DNA of 64,000 nt from NCBI RefSeq assembly GCF_016433145.1, contig NC_058133.1, forward strand, positions 63,077,420-63,141,419, given 5' to 3'. Below, one piece after another: positions 48,880 to 61,448 of the stretch. Both the position numbers and the translations under genes were made by a program. The notes beneath the pieces were generated by a model. The model saw only the letters and a program-made list of their open reading frames with translations, was not told the origin of the DNA and did no database searches. The number at the start of each line of letters is the position of its first letter. The stretch's first letter is position 1. This stretch comes from Gracilinanus agilis. Its lineage: Eukaryota.

Positions 48880-50640
48880 TTATATAGTTTTCTTTCAAAT
48901 TTATCTATTTCCCCTCTATATTTACCTTTTGGGGGGTTATTTTAGGTTTCTGTCTTGGCTTTCCAAATTTTTAAATACATAGTCAATTCTCTTCTATTAG
49001 CATATGTCTCTGAGGATATAACTTTCCCTCTGAAGTCTGTGTTAGCTACATCCTAGAAACCCTGATATGGTTAATGCATCATTTTCTTTTAAATGTTTAT
49101 TTGATTTCTTTGACTCACTATTTTTGATTGTTATATATTCGTTTTGGTCTATGTCTTTTGTTTGTATTTCTTAACTGATTACTATTTTTTACCCTGCCAT
49201 GGTCTTTAATGGATGTTTTTACTATTTCTGCCATTGCACATTTATTTGCAATATTGATGTGCCTTCATATATAGTCAATCTTTGTGAAAATTCTGTAGGG
49301 ATCTGAGAAATGTATATATTTTCTTACAGTCCAACTAAGATGCCATAATTCTTTTAGTTTTACTATCTCTAGTGATTTGTTAAATTCTATATTTTTATCT
49401 TAGTTGGATTAGTTCAGAACTGAGAGGGACATTGAAATTTGTTGTAATATTGATGTCTCATATCTGCTTGTAATTTAGTTACTTTTTCCTTTATTAATTT
49501 AGATGGGAAAGCATTTAGAATATAACATTAATATTAATAATGATTTGGGGAGTGCAAATCCTTTCAACATAAGGTAATTACTTTGTGTATCTCTTTTTTC
49601 AGGTTGTGAGTCTTGATTTTGTTTTATCTCACAGTATGATAGTAACTTATTTTGGATTCACTGGATGCATAGTAAATTTTGCTACAGCATCTCATTTTGT
49701 GTCTGTTTTTAAGGTGTATTTAATATAACAGATTGTGTTTTTTAAAATAATTCACTTATTCTTTTAATGGGATTGTTTAATCCATTCACATTTAAATTTG
49801 TTCCAAGTTTTATCTCCTCCATTTCCTGTAATATTGTTTTTTTTCCTAAATTATTTTTTTTGTTCCTCTTCCTCTAAAAAGATAGTATTTGACTCTTCAG
49901 TTGTGTTTTTCTTAATCTACTTAAGGCAATCCCATTCCCATCAACTATCTTCCCCTCACTCCCAACCATTCCTCCCCCTCCAATTTATCTCTTTAGAGTT
50001 TTGCTTAGTTTATTAAATTTTTTTCTTAATTCCTTTAATCTATCTTACTTAAAATTTATCTATTTTATCTAATCCTCAGGCACTTTTTCTCAGTTATCAA
50101 GTAAAATCCTTTCTCCTCCCTCTCGATTTGTTTTTAAATTTCGTTTTCTGCACCTTTTCCTAAAAATACTGCTTTCCCTCATTCTCTTCATTATATTCAT
50201 TTCCAATTAATTCTTGACTTTTATTGATTGATGACTCATACTTATTCCTCAATTTAGTCTCTGTATTCCTTGTGGAATTAAACTTTATAAGATACCTATT
50301 TTGAGTTCCCACTTCTAAACAGTTTCTGTTGTTGCCTTGAAGATCTTGTCCTTGACCCCCTCTTTTTCTATTGTGCTGTTTCACACTTAGAGATATTTCC
50401 TTGGGTGATATAGATGGTAGTATCACTCTCTGGTAAGAATTTTCCTTTGTTCCTGATTGGAGAGTTCTTTTGCTTTCTCCATAATAATTCCCGCTCCCCC
50501 TCCTCTCCTCCCCATTTAACATGAGATTGCCCCCTTAGATCTATGCTTTTCCACTCTTTGGTGAGTCAGCTCCAGAGGTTTTAAAGGTTGGGATGATTGA
50601 AGAAAGTGTCTGGTCCGCCATCTTGCTGATCACATGACCC
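48880..50640 (-). mobile_element. Old, internally deleted L1 5' portion (5' end, ORF1 remnant, ORF2 endonuclease region)
   Basis: caagatggcgg (YY1 site typical of L1 5' ends) on minus at 50615-50625; ORF2-like AT-rich sequence 48900-49800. Confidence 0.6.
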
Positions 50641-51220
50641 AGAGACAAACTATCCAAAAGACAGTTGATGACTCGGAGCTAGAGCTCAGGACTATGACTG
50701 ACTGACTACACCTGGATATACAGATTTGGAAATCACAGATGTGATCATTGAATCCATGGCAACCACAATAACTAAGTGAGATTGAACCAAAACAGAAGAT
50801 TGGAAGATACCCATTGTTAATGGGCATGGCATAATAAAACAGCCCCTCAATCTGCTTCATGAAATGTTTTACTACAAGTCATAAAGTATTTGGGGGGCCA
50901 GACCTATGATTTCACTGATATAATGCACTCCCAGTGAGAAAACTCCATCCACCAATGCAGAGCAACAACTTGTATGCTTAAGAGAGTTGCCTGGGCCATT
51001 TGGAGATTAAGTGACTTTCCCAGGACCAATGAATCAGTTTGCACCAAAGGCCTGACTTGAATATCCAGGCCATCCTGACTTCAAGGCTGCTTTAATCCAG
51101 GCCATACACTGAGCCAGGCTGCCTTAAAATAGCATTATGGTGTTTTCAAAGCAATAAATTCTTTTGAGTTTTTTTCAATAACTATGTTAGTCTAGCAAAT
51201 TAATAGTAGTGAAAACAGAT

Positions 51221-51298
51221 TTTATTCATTTTGTTTTCCATTTGATTGAAACAATGCATATGGAATACTTTACAACAGTGAAATAAAAGGCATTTATT
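51221..51298 (-). terminator. CCDC181: Two candidate CCDC181 polyadenylation signals
   Basis: tttatt (AATAAA on minus) at 51293-51298 and 51221-51226, 170-250 nt after the stop. Confidence 0.5.
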
Positions 51299-51469
51299 CA
51301 GTTCTAGGATTTTTTAAAAATAGATAAATTCACTGTCACCGAAGGATGAGTATATTTTTCCATCATTTGGGATAGGACCAAAGCACACAGACCACAACAA
51401 GGAATGAGAATCCACCGCTGTGAGGGAACCCTGGCTATCGATTTAAGAATCCAGTGCAAACAGGAACCT

Positions 51470-51632
51470 TCAACTGTAATGATCAGTGAAACGAAAGGGC
51501 TTGCTTTCTGAAATGTTGTACAGGAGGTTCTGTAGCTGTTTTGATCGCCGAGCTTCAACACGCAGCTGCCTGGCTCTCTCTTTGGCAGCTTGTTGCTCTG
51601 CCAGCTTCTCTATTCGTTTTCTTTTTAGCCAT
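51470..51632 (-). CDS. CCDC181: CCDC181 last coding exon (WLKRKRIEKLAEQQ...KPFRFTDHYS*)
   Basis: ctctccag|A acceptor completes the CAA codon; 53 codons plus TGA; matches the CCDC181 C-terminus. Confidence 0.94.
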
Positions 51633-53484
51633 CTGGAGAGATATGAGGACATTTTGTGAGTACCTAAAAGAGCTACATTCAATTGGAAATAAAAGGGACT
51701 TGAAATCCATTTAAAACAAACAAAAGCTATAGTCCCAGGAGATGATATTAAGGTGACAGGCTCTAACTGTCTCAAGCATCTGATACTCAAGGAAGGAAAC
51801 TCAATTTTCCTATAGTCTAAGCTGGATTCAAACATCAAGAAACAGTTTATCCTATCAAGTTGCCAATCCAGGGACCCTGTTTTATTCTAGGGGCAAAGAA
51901 CTTTACAGATTTCCTTCGGTAAAGAAACCATAGTCTTTCTTTAATTACTCCCAAGATTTAAGTTTGTATAATCAAATAAGTAATTTTTAGTCAAGCCAGG
52001 AAATCAGCAGAGAAGGTGAATAAAAACAAAGTCTTTTTTTCAAATGTTGGCTTTTCTTTTTGCAATGGAAAAATGAATAGAACCATAAACCTTCCCAGTG
52101 TATGAAATATATTTGTGCTGTCTTACAGATGGGAAAATAAAACAGTAAATTTCTAAAAAGGCTTACTAAATTAAAATGCTAATCTATAGAGGTCACTTGG
52201 GTAAAATATTGCCAAAATGGCAACCTAAGATATCATCCAATCCAACCTGCTCATTTTTACAAATGAGAAAACTAAAGCCCTAGAAGGTCCTATAATGTGA
52301 CCCCCAAGATCACAGAGGTACTCCCTGAAATGAGACACTCTGTCTCTAGCCTCTCCATCCAAGGTTCTTCCCACTCTAGAGTAACACTCCCTCTGGGAAG
52401 CAAAGGGACAAATCTGCACTTACTATGCAAACTCATCCTCTCCCACCTCTGCCTCTTCCTTGAACGCCATTTTTAAACTTTCACTGGTGCCTGCAAGCAC
52501 CTCAAGCATAGGAACGTTTCTTTTTCCTTTCAAGCCAAATTCCTTTATGTACTCAAAATTTCTATAACCTCTTTATCACTTTTAGAACTACAGATTCCAG
52601 CCTTATTCATGGACCTCAGAGGCTACCAAGTCTCTTAACTGCAAAATCTAAAGGCCTTTCCTTAGTCCTTCCCCCTCAGTCTACTCTTCCTGACACTGGA
52701 GGTAGGCCCTTCTCCTTCTGGACACATTTCTTCTCCCCTTGCTTCAGCCACTGCCTGCCCTGGCTCTCCCTCCATCAGTGGGATTGTCCCCCCACCCACA
52801 GCACCCGTGAGGACAATCCCCTTCTTTCAAGCTACATGCACCCTCACTTGGTGATCTCTTCAGTTCCTAAAAGGTTCCACTTTCATTTCTATACAGATAA
52901 CGATCAAATCTACACATGCATCCCTTCCTTTTCTCTCTTCCAAGCTGCCTGCTTACAGACATGTTTGGACGTCTAGTTGCTGTTGTTCAGTCCCTCTGAC
53001 TCTGTGACCTGGAGACCCCACTGTCCATAGCCAGCATACAGTCTGGTTTGCCATTTTTTTCTCCAGGAGATTAAGGTAAACAGGTGAAGTGACTTGCCCA
53101 GGGTCACACAGCTAGTGAGTGTCTGGTTTTCTTGTGCTTGGCTCTTACCTTACTCCCCTACTCAATAAACTTCAGCGGCTGCCTATTGCTTGTCAGCTAA
53201 ATTTAGTTTGACCTTTATAGTCCTTCACGCCCCAGCCCCAACCCACCCCTCCAGGCTCATTATACCTTATTTTCTCCAGCAAAACTGGCCTTCCCTGTGC
53301 TCCCCACACAGTGCTCCATCCTCTCATACTGCCATATGCTTTTGGAGCTATTGTCCTCTGGGTCTGAAAGGCATCCCCCGCCCCTGCCTCCCTGTACCCC
53401 ACCTTCCTTCCTTCCAGATCAGATAAAGGCTTTGTGAAGCCTTTCACCCCAAACGTTCATGCTTTCCCTCCCTTCATCCTCGAT

Positions 53485-53487
<3 letters not shown>

Positions 53488-53525
<38 letters not shown>

Positions 53526-53704
53526 TTTAAACCCTTAACTTCTGTGTATTGACTTATAGGTGGAAGAGTGGTAAGGGTAGGCAATGGGGGTCAAGTGACT
53601 TGCCCAGGGTCACACAACTGGGAAGTGTCTGAGGCCGGATTTGAACCTAGGACCTCCCGTCTCTAGGCCTGGCTCTCAATCCACTGAGCTACCCAGCTGC
53701 CCCC
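53488..53704 (-). mobile_element. Very young SINE1_MD-like SINE
   Basis: Long pure T-run, intact CpGs, 17-bp TSD atcctcgatctcttttt (53476-53492 / 53706-53722). Confidence 0.93.
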
Positions 53705-54826
53705 TATCCTCGATCTCTTTTTACATAAAGATGTACACGTTGCCCCTGAAGAACTTTAAGATCTTTGGGAGTCACAATTATTGCATCCTTTAACTCTAAA
53801 TATTTAGTGCCCAGCACGGGAGGTGGCGGGCAGCTAGGGGTGGATAGAATGGACCGAGCTCCAGGCCAAATCCAGCCTCAGACACTTATTTTCTGGGTGA
53901 CCCTGGGCAAGTCACTTCACCCAATTTGTCTCCATTTCCACATCTATCAAATGAAGTAGAGAAGGAAATTCCAAACCACTCCAGTATCTTTGACAAGAAA
54001 ACATCAAAAAAGGAGCCATGAAAAGTAGGACACAACTGAAAGCAATGAAACAATATATGTAGCCTCTGATAGAGTTGGAAAAAACTTATTATGGTTAATT
54101 GATTAAAGTTTTCCCCAACAGGGCTCCAAACAATTTTTCTCAGCTGAATACACCTTGGTCCCTTCTCTCTAAAATGTTCCATCCCTGACTCTACAAGACT
54201 TTTCCTCCATGGCTGGAGTGTTCATCCTCCTCCATTCTGCCTCTGGGAGCTGCGAGCTTCCTTCAGGACCTGCTACCAGAGGCCTTTCTTGACCCCTCTA
54301 GGGAGTGCCGAAATCAGTCTGTATGGACTTTGTACTGACTTCTCTGGGTACATGTTCTTTCCTTCCAGGAGAATGAAAGCTCCCTGGAAGAAGGAACTAC
54401 TTTAGTCCTTTGGAACCAAGTACCAGACCTCAGCACAGTTCCTACATAGCGAGTGCTTAACAAATGCTATTGAACTGAATTTTAATGCTATTTTAATATT
54501 TAATGTCTTCATCACTTCCATTTGTCCTAAACTTCCAAAGAGTTTATGTTTCCCAACTCTTTTGTTTGCTAACATTACCAACATCTTTATGTTCCAGTAT
54601 CATAAATCCAAGCCTATTACTTTTCCAAAATACTAAAGAAACTCATTACTTTATTTATTTCTCTCTCTGTGTCTGTTTCTTCACATATAAAATCAAGGGG
54701 CAGGGTTAAATGATCCCTTAAGCTTATTTCAATTCAAATGCTATAGTATGTAAAATGCACCTCTAGATTTTTGGATTTAGGTTAGACTTTTGCTCAAATT
54801 ACATATCATAAATTTACATTTTTTCA

Positions 54827-54874
54827 AAACTGGCATCAGCATTTTCCAAACTGGCATCAGCATTTTCCAAACTG
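54827..54874. repeat. Perfect 21-bp tandem duplication aaactggcatcagcattttcc x2
   Basis: Directly visible (54827-54847, 54848-54868, plus a partial third unit). Confidence 0.95.
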
Positions 54875-55881
54875 CCCTGGTATTCCATATTACTGAAAAA
54901 TGATTGCATGAGAGAATTTTTATGGTATATACCATATACCATATGTAAAAATACCAAATGTGACATATAACAGAAAATAATTTTAATCTAACGGTTTTTC
55001 ACTATGAAAAAATGCTTTTACTTCCCCCTTTTTGCATGGAACTTCCCCCTTTACATCTCTTTATCCTAAAAATATTCTCTTGTCCAATGTCTCTTGAATC
55101 AGTATGAGTTTCATATATTTCATACCCTTAAATATCTTGTAGCCAAATTAGTCTATAATACCCAGCTCTAAACTGTTAGACCTCCTTTCACTCTTGGCCT
55201 TCTCTCCAGGTTAAATAATCCCAAGGATTTTAATCTCTTTGTAGAAGACTTATCCTACAACTCTCTAATTGTCTTTTTGGTTCTCTTTTGGACCTTTTTC
55301 AAGGTCTTCTCTTTTTCTTCTAGTTTTGGAAGTCAGATCCAAACAGTCCTCTGGTGAAAGTCTAACCAGAATATAATAGGAAAATAATCTCATGGTTCTT
55401 TCAAGCTGTACTGTTACGTATGGCATATTTTTGTTAGCCCCGTGGTTAGCATCCAACAGATCTTCATTGTAATATAGTACCTAGCAATCTCTGGTGATCC
55501 CTTATGTAAATAAAACTAGACTAAAAACCCAAATGTATAATCCAAGGAATGAAATGAATGCATTTTTAGTCCTAATATAGTATTTAATCACTGAAGCTTT
55601 ATTCTTTATGGTATGAGGATACCAGATCCTCTAATACTCTTCCAGAAGAAGAGAAATTTTAGTAATGGGCACCAAGCTAGAAAATCTTCAACTATGGGAT
55701 CTAAAAGACTGTCAAATGCATAAATATAAAGCTAACTTGCTAAATTCAAAGACATACCACACAAATGCATGAAGAAACGAAGTGTTTCCACACTAATTAA
55801 ATCAGAGATTCTTTAAGTTATCAAAGTAATTTGTCAAAAGCAAAAAGGATGCCAATATTGTACAGCTCTCCTTTAACTTAC

Positions 55882-56036
55882 TGTTTAAATGCCCTGTCGC
55901 GGCCTTCTGCCCCTCTAAGAAAAAAAAGACATTCTTCTTGTCGCCTCAGTTCTTCAATCTGTCTCTCTTTAATCTGTTCTTCATGCTTTTTTTTAAGCCA
56001 TAGTCTAAAAGCTTGCTGGGGATCTCTGTTTTCTTG
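55882..56036 (-). CDS. CCDC181: CCDC181 penultimate coding exon (QENRDPQQAFRLWLKKKHEE...RDRAFK)
   Basis: ccccaacag|CAA acceptor, CA|gtaagt donor, 155 nt, phase 0/2. Confidence 0.94.
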
Positions 56037-56346
56037 CTGTTGGGGAAAAAAAATTTTACCAAGTTTATCAAATGGGAAATGTTTATCCAATTCATATCTA
56101 CAACAATGACAGCCACTTCCAATAGACACATAGTAAAAGGATATTATTAATAGGCAGTTCTCAAAGGACAAATGCTCAAAGGGAGATGAAGATGTGGAAC
56201 TAGAGCTCAAGAGAGAACTGAAGCTGGATATAGAGATCTGGGAATCATCTGCCTAGAGTCAATAACTAAACCCGAAGGAACTAAGGGGAACACTAACAGG
56301 AAACAATTTATATAGTAACAACATGTAAAGAAAATCAATTATTATT

Positions 56347-56590
56347 ATTATTATTATTTATTATTCCTATTGACTCCCAGAGGAGCATAGGGCCGCAACC
56401 ATCTCACGCCAACGGACTCTGTTCTGGGCAACTTCCCCCAACTGGGCATCTCACGCCAACGAACTCTGTTCTGGGCAACTTCCACCAACTGGGCATATCT
56501 TTGCCAGGTCTGTTTTGGCCTTCCGACTTTTCTCCTCCCTGGTGGGTTCCATATTTTTTTTTTCACAGCGTCCTGTCTGATGGGATACTG
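56347..56590 (-). mobile_element. RTE-clade LINE 3' fragment with (TAA)n tail and internal 47-bp duplication
   Basis: Minus translation WNPPGRRKVGRPKQTWQR..AQNRVRWR, typical of an RTE ORF C-terminus; (att)n tail; possible TSD aattattatt/aattgttatt. Confidence 0.8.
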
Positions 56591-59500
56591 AATTGTTATT
56601 TGTTAATTGATATTTGTCTTTCTATCTGGGGATCTGGGGGAGAGAGAAGAGATAACAACAGGATTGCCAAAAAAACAAGGGTAAGAGCATCAGTGAAGCA
56701 ATTTTTTTTCAAAGCACAAAAGAGAACTAAAGGAAGTTCAGAAAGAAACACAGGCAGGCAAGACAACTTTGGAAAGTGGCCTCTGTCTGTCTCAGTTTCT
56801 GCAACTGTAAAATGAGGCACCTACCTTCTAGGGCTATTGTGAGGATCAAATGAGATAATTGTAAATGCTTAGCACAGTGTGTGACACATATTTGCCCTTC
56901 TTGCCAGCAGGGGTCAGGGTAGCAAGTGTTAAAACTGAATAGCTTTATTTTTTTCTCTTTTTTAAATTTTTTGTAATAAAGGAAAGCTGGGGAGTAGATA
57001 GAGTGAAAGGGTAGGAAGAAAAATATTGGGAAATAAAGGTAATTTGAAAACCAAAGCTATCGATTTTTAGAAGGTGCTCCTTAACATCAAAATATTAATA
57101 AAATAAATGCTTATTTCCTCTTTTCTCTGTTTCTTCCAACCTTTCTTCGAGGTCAAGTCAACCTTTGCTCTGTCACCAGTTCCTGCTCTGGCAATAAATA
57201 TTATAAGGAACTCCAAGCTCAAATGCCTTTGCTCCAGTACTATATTCAAGCCATCTGTTCTTACTGCTCACTCTTGATTTAGCTAGCTCCTCTACCTTAA
57301 TATTTCTAAATTCTGAATTAGTTCTTCATTCAAATAAAACCTAAAAATATCATAATGCAAAATAAATCTAACACTTAAAGGTTTTACTGTGCTTATGGGA
57401 ATTCATAATGGAAGGCTAAGCAGTTGGAGACAGTAAAAAATGAAGTCAGGGCACAGAATGAAGCCCAGGTTGAAGACTAAGTTCTATAAAATGAAGCTAC
57501 ATTCTGCAGGTGAAATGGTAAGCTGGCTGTTTACCAAGTAAACCCAGATCAAGCAACAATATCTGAGGAGAGCTGCTCAGATGCCAGAAGCAGGGGGATT
57601 AGGAATGCTCCACAAAGAAACTCCTAGAAACCTGTGGCACTCTGGGTATCTCAATGAGTACAGCTATATTTTAAAGGTGATGGGGGGCCCTTTTGTTTCT
57701 GCCCTCTCTTGTTCTTAAAGTGACTTATGACCAGATTGGACTCTTTCATGGGGTCAGACAAGAAAGATTTATTTTGTCTTAATCCACAAATAATAAACAA
57801 TTATAATCCTAAATGCCAAGAAAAGTCCACTCCAAAAATAATGACAAAACTCTCCAATTCTTTAGCTTGTATTATACTGATCTTAGCTTATACTCTTATA
57901 TTTATTTTATAAAATAATTTCCCTTGTAGAAGTACTTTAGGGCTTATGTTCCTATGTAGATACTTACATGTATTTGTTCATTCATTTTCAGTTGTGTCTT
58001 AACTTTTCATGACCACATTTTGGGATTTCTTGACAGAGATACAGGAATGGTTTACCGTTTCCTTCTTTGGCTCATTTTACAGATTAGGAAATTAGGTAAA
58101 CAGGATTAAGTGACTTGCCCCAGATCATACACTTAGTGTCTGAGGCCACATTTGAACTCAGGTTTTCCTGACTCCTGGACCACCACTTAATCCACTGAGC
58201 CACATACCTAGTGATATAACAGACAGAGCAGTGAAATAGGTGTCAAGAAGCAGGCTGGCTCCAGTTCTACCAGTTGTGGTCACCTGAATCAAATCATGCA
58301 CCTGTCTGAGCTCCAGGTTCCTCATTTATTTGAGGACAGCAATTTCTCAACATAGTTGATGGATAATGAACATAATAGAACTTTGAAAAACATAAAACAC
58401 TTTAAATGTAAATTTAAAATATCATGTGTCAATATACATCTGAGTAATAGGTCTCACAATCTTTTGCTTGGATTATTAAGATAATTGCCCTCACTTTTAC
58501 ACTCAAATTTGGAAGCAGAGAAAAACCTGATTTGTTTTGTCCGGTTTTGATTTCTGTCCTTTTGAGACATTTTGTAATGGTCAGTTGGAAGGAGATTCAG
58601 AAGGCTCCTGCCACTATGACACCATCTTGTCTCTGCCTCCCCATACAGCAGTCATTTGAAAGAGACCAAGATCTCATTCTCTTTTCAGAGGAAGCTAAGT
58701 GATATTGGCCACCAGCCTTTCTTGGCTCTTCACCATGTCTTGATATGCCAAAGCATAGATGTCTATACATCTTTAATTTTTTAAACTAAAAACATTTATA
58801 TCATGAAGCCAGAGGAAAGGGGCAGAGTTCTTAAAAGTGACAGGTTTAGAGATTTCTCTGGTACAGTGATACCTCTGTTTTCATAGATAATCTGTGTGAA
58901 AACAGTGAGCGAAATCCTGAACCAGTGAAAAACCAAGGCAATTATTTCCATATGAATCAATGTAAATCCAATTAGTTCATTCTAGACACTCCAAAATACA
59001 TACCAAAAATATAGGGAATACATTTAAATACATTTATAGGGAATAAATGTAGTGTTTAATATTAAAAACAATGATATATTAATATAAAATGAATATAAAA
59101 GACTAATGTAAAGAATAAATGAACATTTAAAATGGCATTACCCCCAACTGTGTGACCTTGGGCAAATCACTTGACCCCCATTGCCCACCCTTACCACTCT
59201 TCTACCAAGGAGCCAATACACAGAAGTTAAGGGTTTAAAAAAAATGGCATTTACCTTTCTGAAGACTTATTGGCATATGGAAGATAGCGAGGAGGGGAGA
59301 GAGAGGTTATTGTTTGGAAGGGGAATCCCCCTCCATAAGGACCTTAGGTATCAAGGCACTACCTGGAAAGACTGGAAAGAAGCTGATGTGTAGAGGAGTT
59401 GTTACCTTGATTATGTCCCTCTTCTCAGTGGATATACTATTGGGAGAATTTCTACTTGACTAAGATGAGATATCTCACTCCCAATGAGAGAGTTCATTCA

Positions 59501-61184
59501 TTTTGTATATTGTCAGGTTTATATTCTCCTCTGTATGCTTTATCTGAATTTCATTTGCTATCTGTATGGATAAATGGATTTATTTGCTTTTCAGGGTGGG
59601 TAGCCCTTTTTTTTTCACAAAATTAGTAGCATCAAGGTCAAGTGAACACACCAACTAAAACCAAGGCAACTGAGAAAAACCTTGACAAATGTTTCATGGA
59701 AAAAAATCAACAAAAACCGAAACCAACAATAAATGGATGTCACCGAAAACTGAGGTATTATTACACTAACAATAAAGCAAGAGGCTCCAAAGAAATTTAA
59801 TAAGGGCTGATTTTCCCTCTGTTAGTCTTTTAGAGGGTTCCATTAAGTTTGTTTATCATATGTGCTTTAGCCACACTCCTGTTCTCTTGCTTTAGTAATA
59901 TGGGGAAGAGTAAAGGGCAACTAATATAAGAAGAAGTTAGTAGTGATAGAAAAACAGATCAGAGTTAATGCGAATACTGTAGCCAGAAGAACATTTTTTA
60001 TGGATGAAAGAATTAACCAAATCTATCTGCCAGGCTTATTTCAGACACATACGAGGATGGATTTTTATAGGACGATGCATCCAACAGTTGAGTTTAGCAG
60101 AACTAGACACAATATTGCAACTACACTGTGTTTGAGTCTTTGTAGTAATAAGTAGACTAATATTGAAGAAGACAGCACATCTTCCCTGGTACACCACTGT
60201 CCTTCTTCTACTCATATCACTGTCTCTGGGTCTCTAAAATCATTCCACAGATCCATTATCCTAAGAATCCTCCTCTTTGCTGCCATTCCCAGGCTACCTG
60301 GAGGGGTTTCTAAGTACTAATCAGTTGTTATCAGCCAAACACACTGTTCTCTATTCCCTACCAAACTCATTCTGCACCAAAGTCTTTAAAAGCTTTAATT
60401 CAAAAGACAGCTCAAACATAGAATATGGAAATACCATAGGGCAGAGCTAGGTGGTATAGAGCTGATAGCACTCTGGGCCTAGAATCAGGAAGACCTGACT
60501 TCAAATCTGACTTCAGAATTACTAGCTGTGTAACCCTGTGTAAAGTCACTTAATCCTGGCTGCCTCAGTTTCTTCATCTATAAAATAAGACAGAAATGGC
60601 AAACCACTCCAGTATCTCTGCCAAGAAAACCCTAAATGGTGTCACTGAACAGTGGAAATACCAAAAGTCTAACAAAAATCCCTCTTTATCCAAGTTTTCA
60701 ATGATATGAACATATCAATACAGGTCATGTGGTGCAGATGAAAGGGCTCAGGAGTCAGAAGGCCTGGGTTCAAATTCTGAATCTATACTTAATGCTAGTA
60801 CAAACTTGGGCAAATTCCTTAGCCTCTTCACACCTCAGTTCCTTCATTTATAAAATGAAGGGTTTGAACAAAAAGGCTTTTGAAGTTCCTTCCCAAACAA
60901 ATCTATGATTTTTTGGTCTTAGGAATCAAAAAACCTTAAGGTCTGATTATGATATATAAGCCCCAAAGGAAATTCATTGAGTTTTCATAAAAATTGAAAG
61001 TGGCTCAGTTCTTCCACATAAATTCAAGTTACTCTTTGTAATCAGATCATTTTTGTCAAACCATAACTTTGCTTACCTGATCAATATTATTTTAACAAGT
61101 ATTTCCTAACAATTTCCAGGTGAAAACTTGGGGCAAGTTTTATATGCATGTTCACTCCATTTCAATAAGTGAAGTTTTACTCAC

Positions 61185-61331
61185 TCTGCTATTCATGTCT
61201 TCCATTTCCTTTGCCCTCTGAATTCTCCTCATTTCCATAAAGTGCTCTTTTTTCTTTTGCAACCAGGCTCTAAACACCATTTCATTCTCTTTTTTCTTCT
61301 CTTTCTCCTCTTCTCTTTTCCGTTGTTCTTC
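61185..61331 (-). CDS. CCDC181: CCDC181 third-last coding exon (EEQRKREEEKEKKKENEMVFRAWLQ...EDMNSR)
   Basis: Minus strand ttaccag|GAA acceptor and AGA|gtgagt donor, 147 nt, phase 0/0; homologous to the CCDC181 C-terminal region. Upstream exons lie beyond the window. Confidence 0.92.
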
Positions 61332-61448
61332 CTGGTAAGAACAATTATAAAGAAATAAGTCAATTTGTAGGGCAGGGAATACAGAGTATGTGTTATCAGA
61401 GCAAAGTACCATGATTTCAATGCCAGACTTTCTTAGGGTGTAGGGTGA

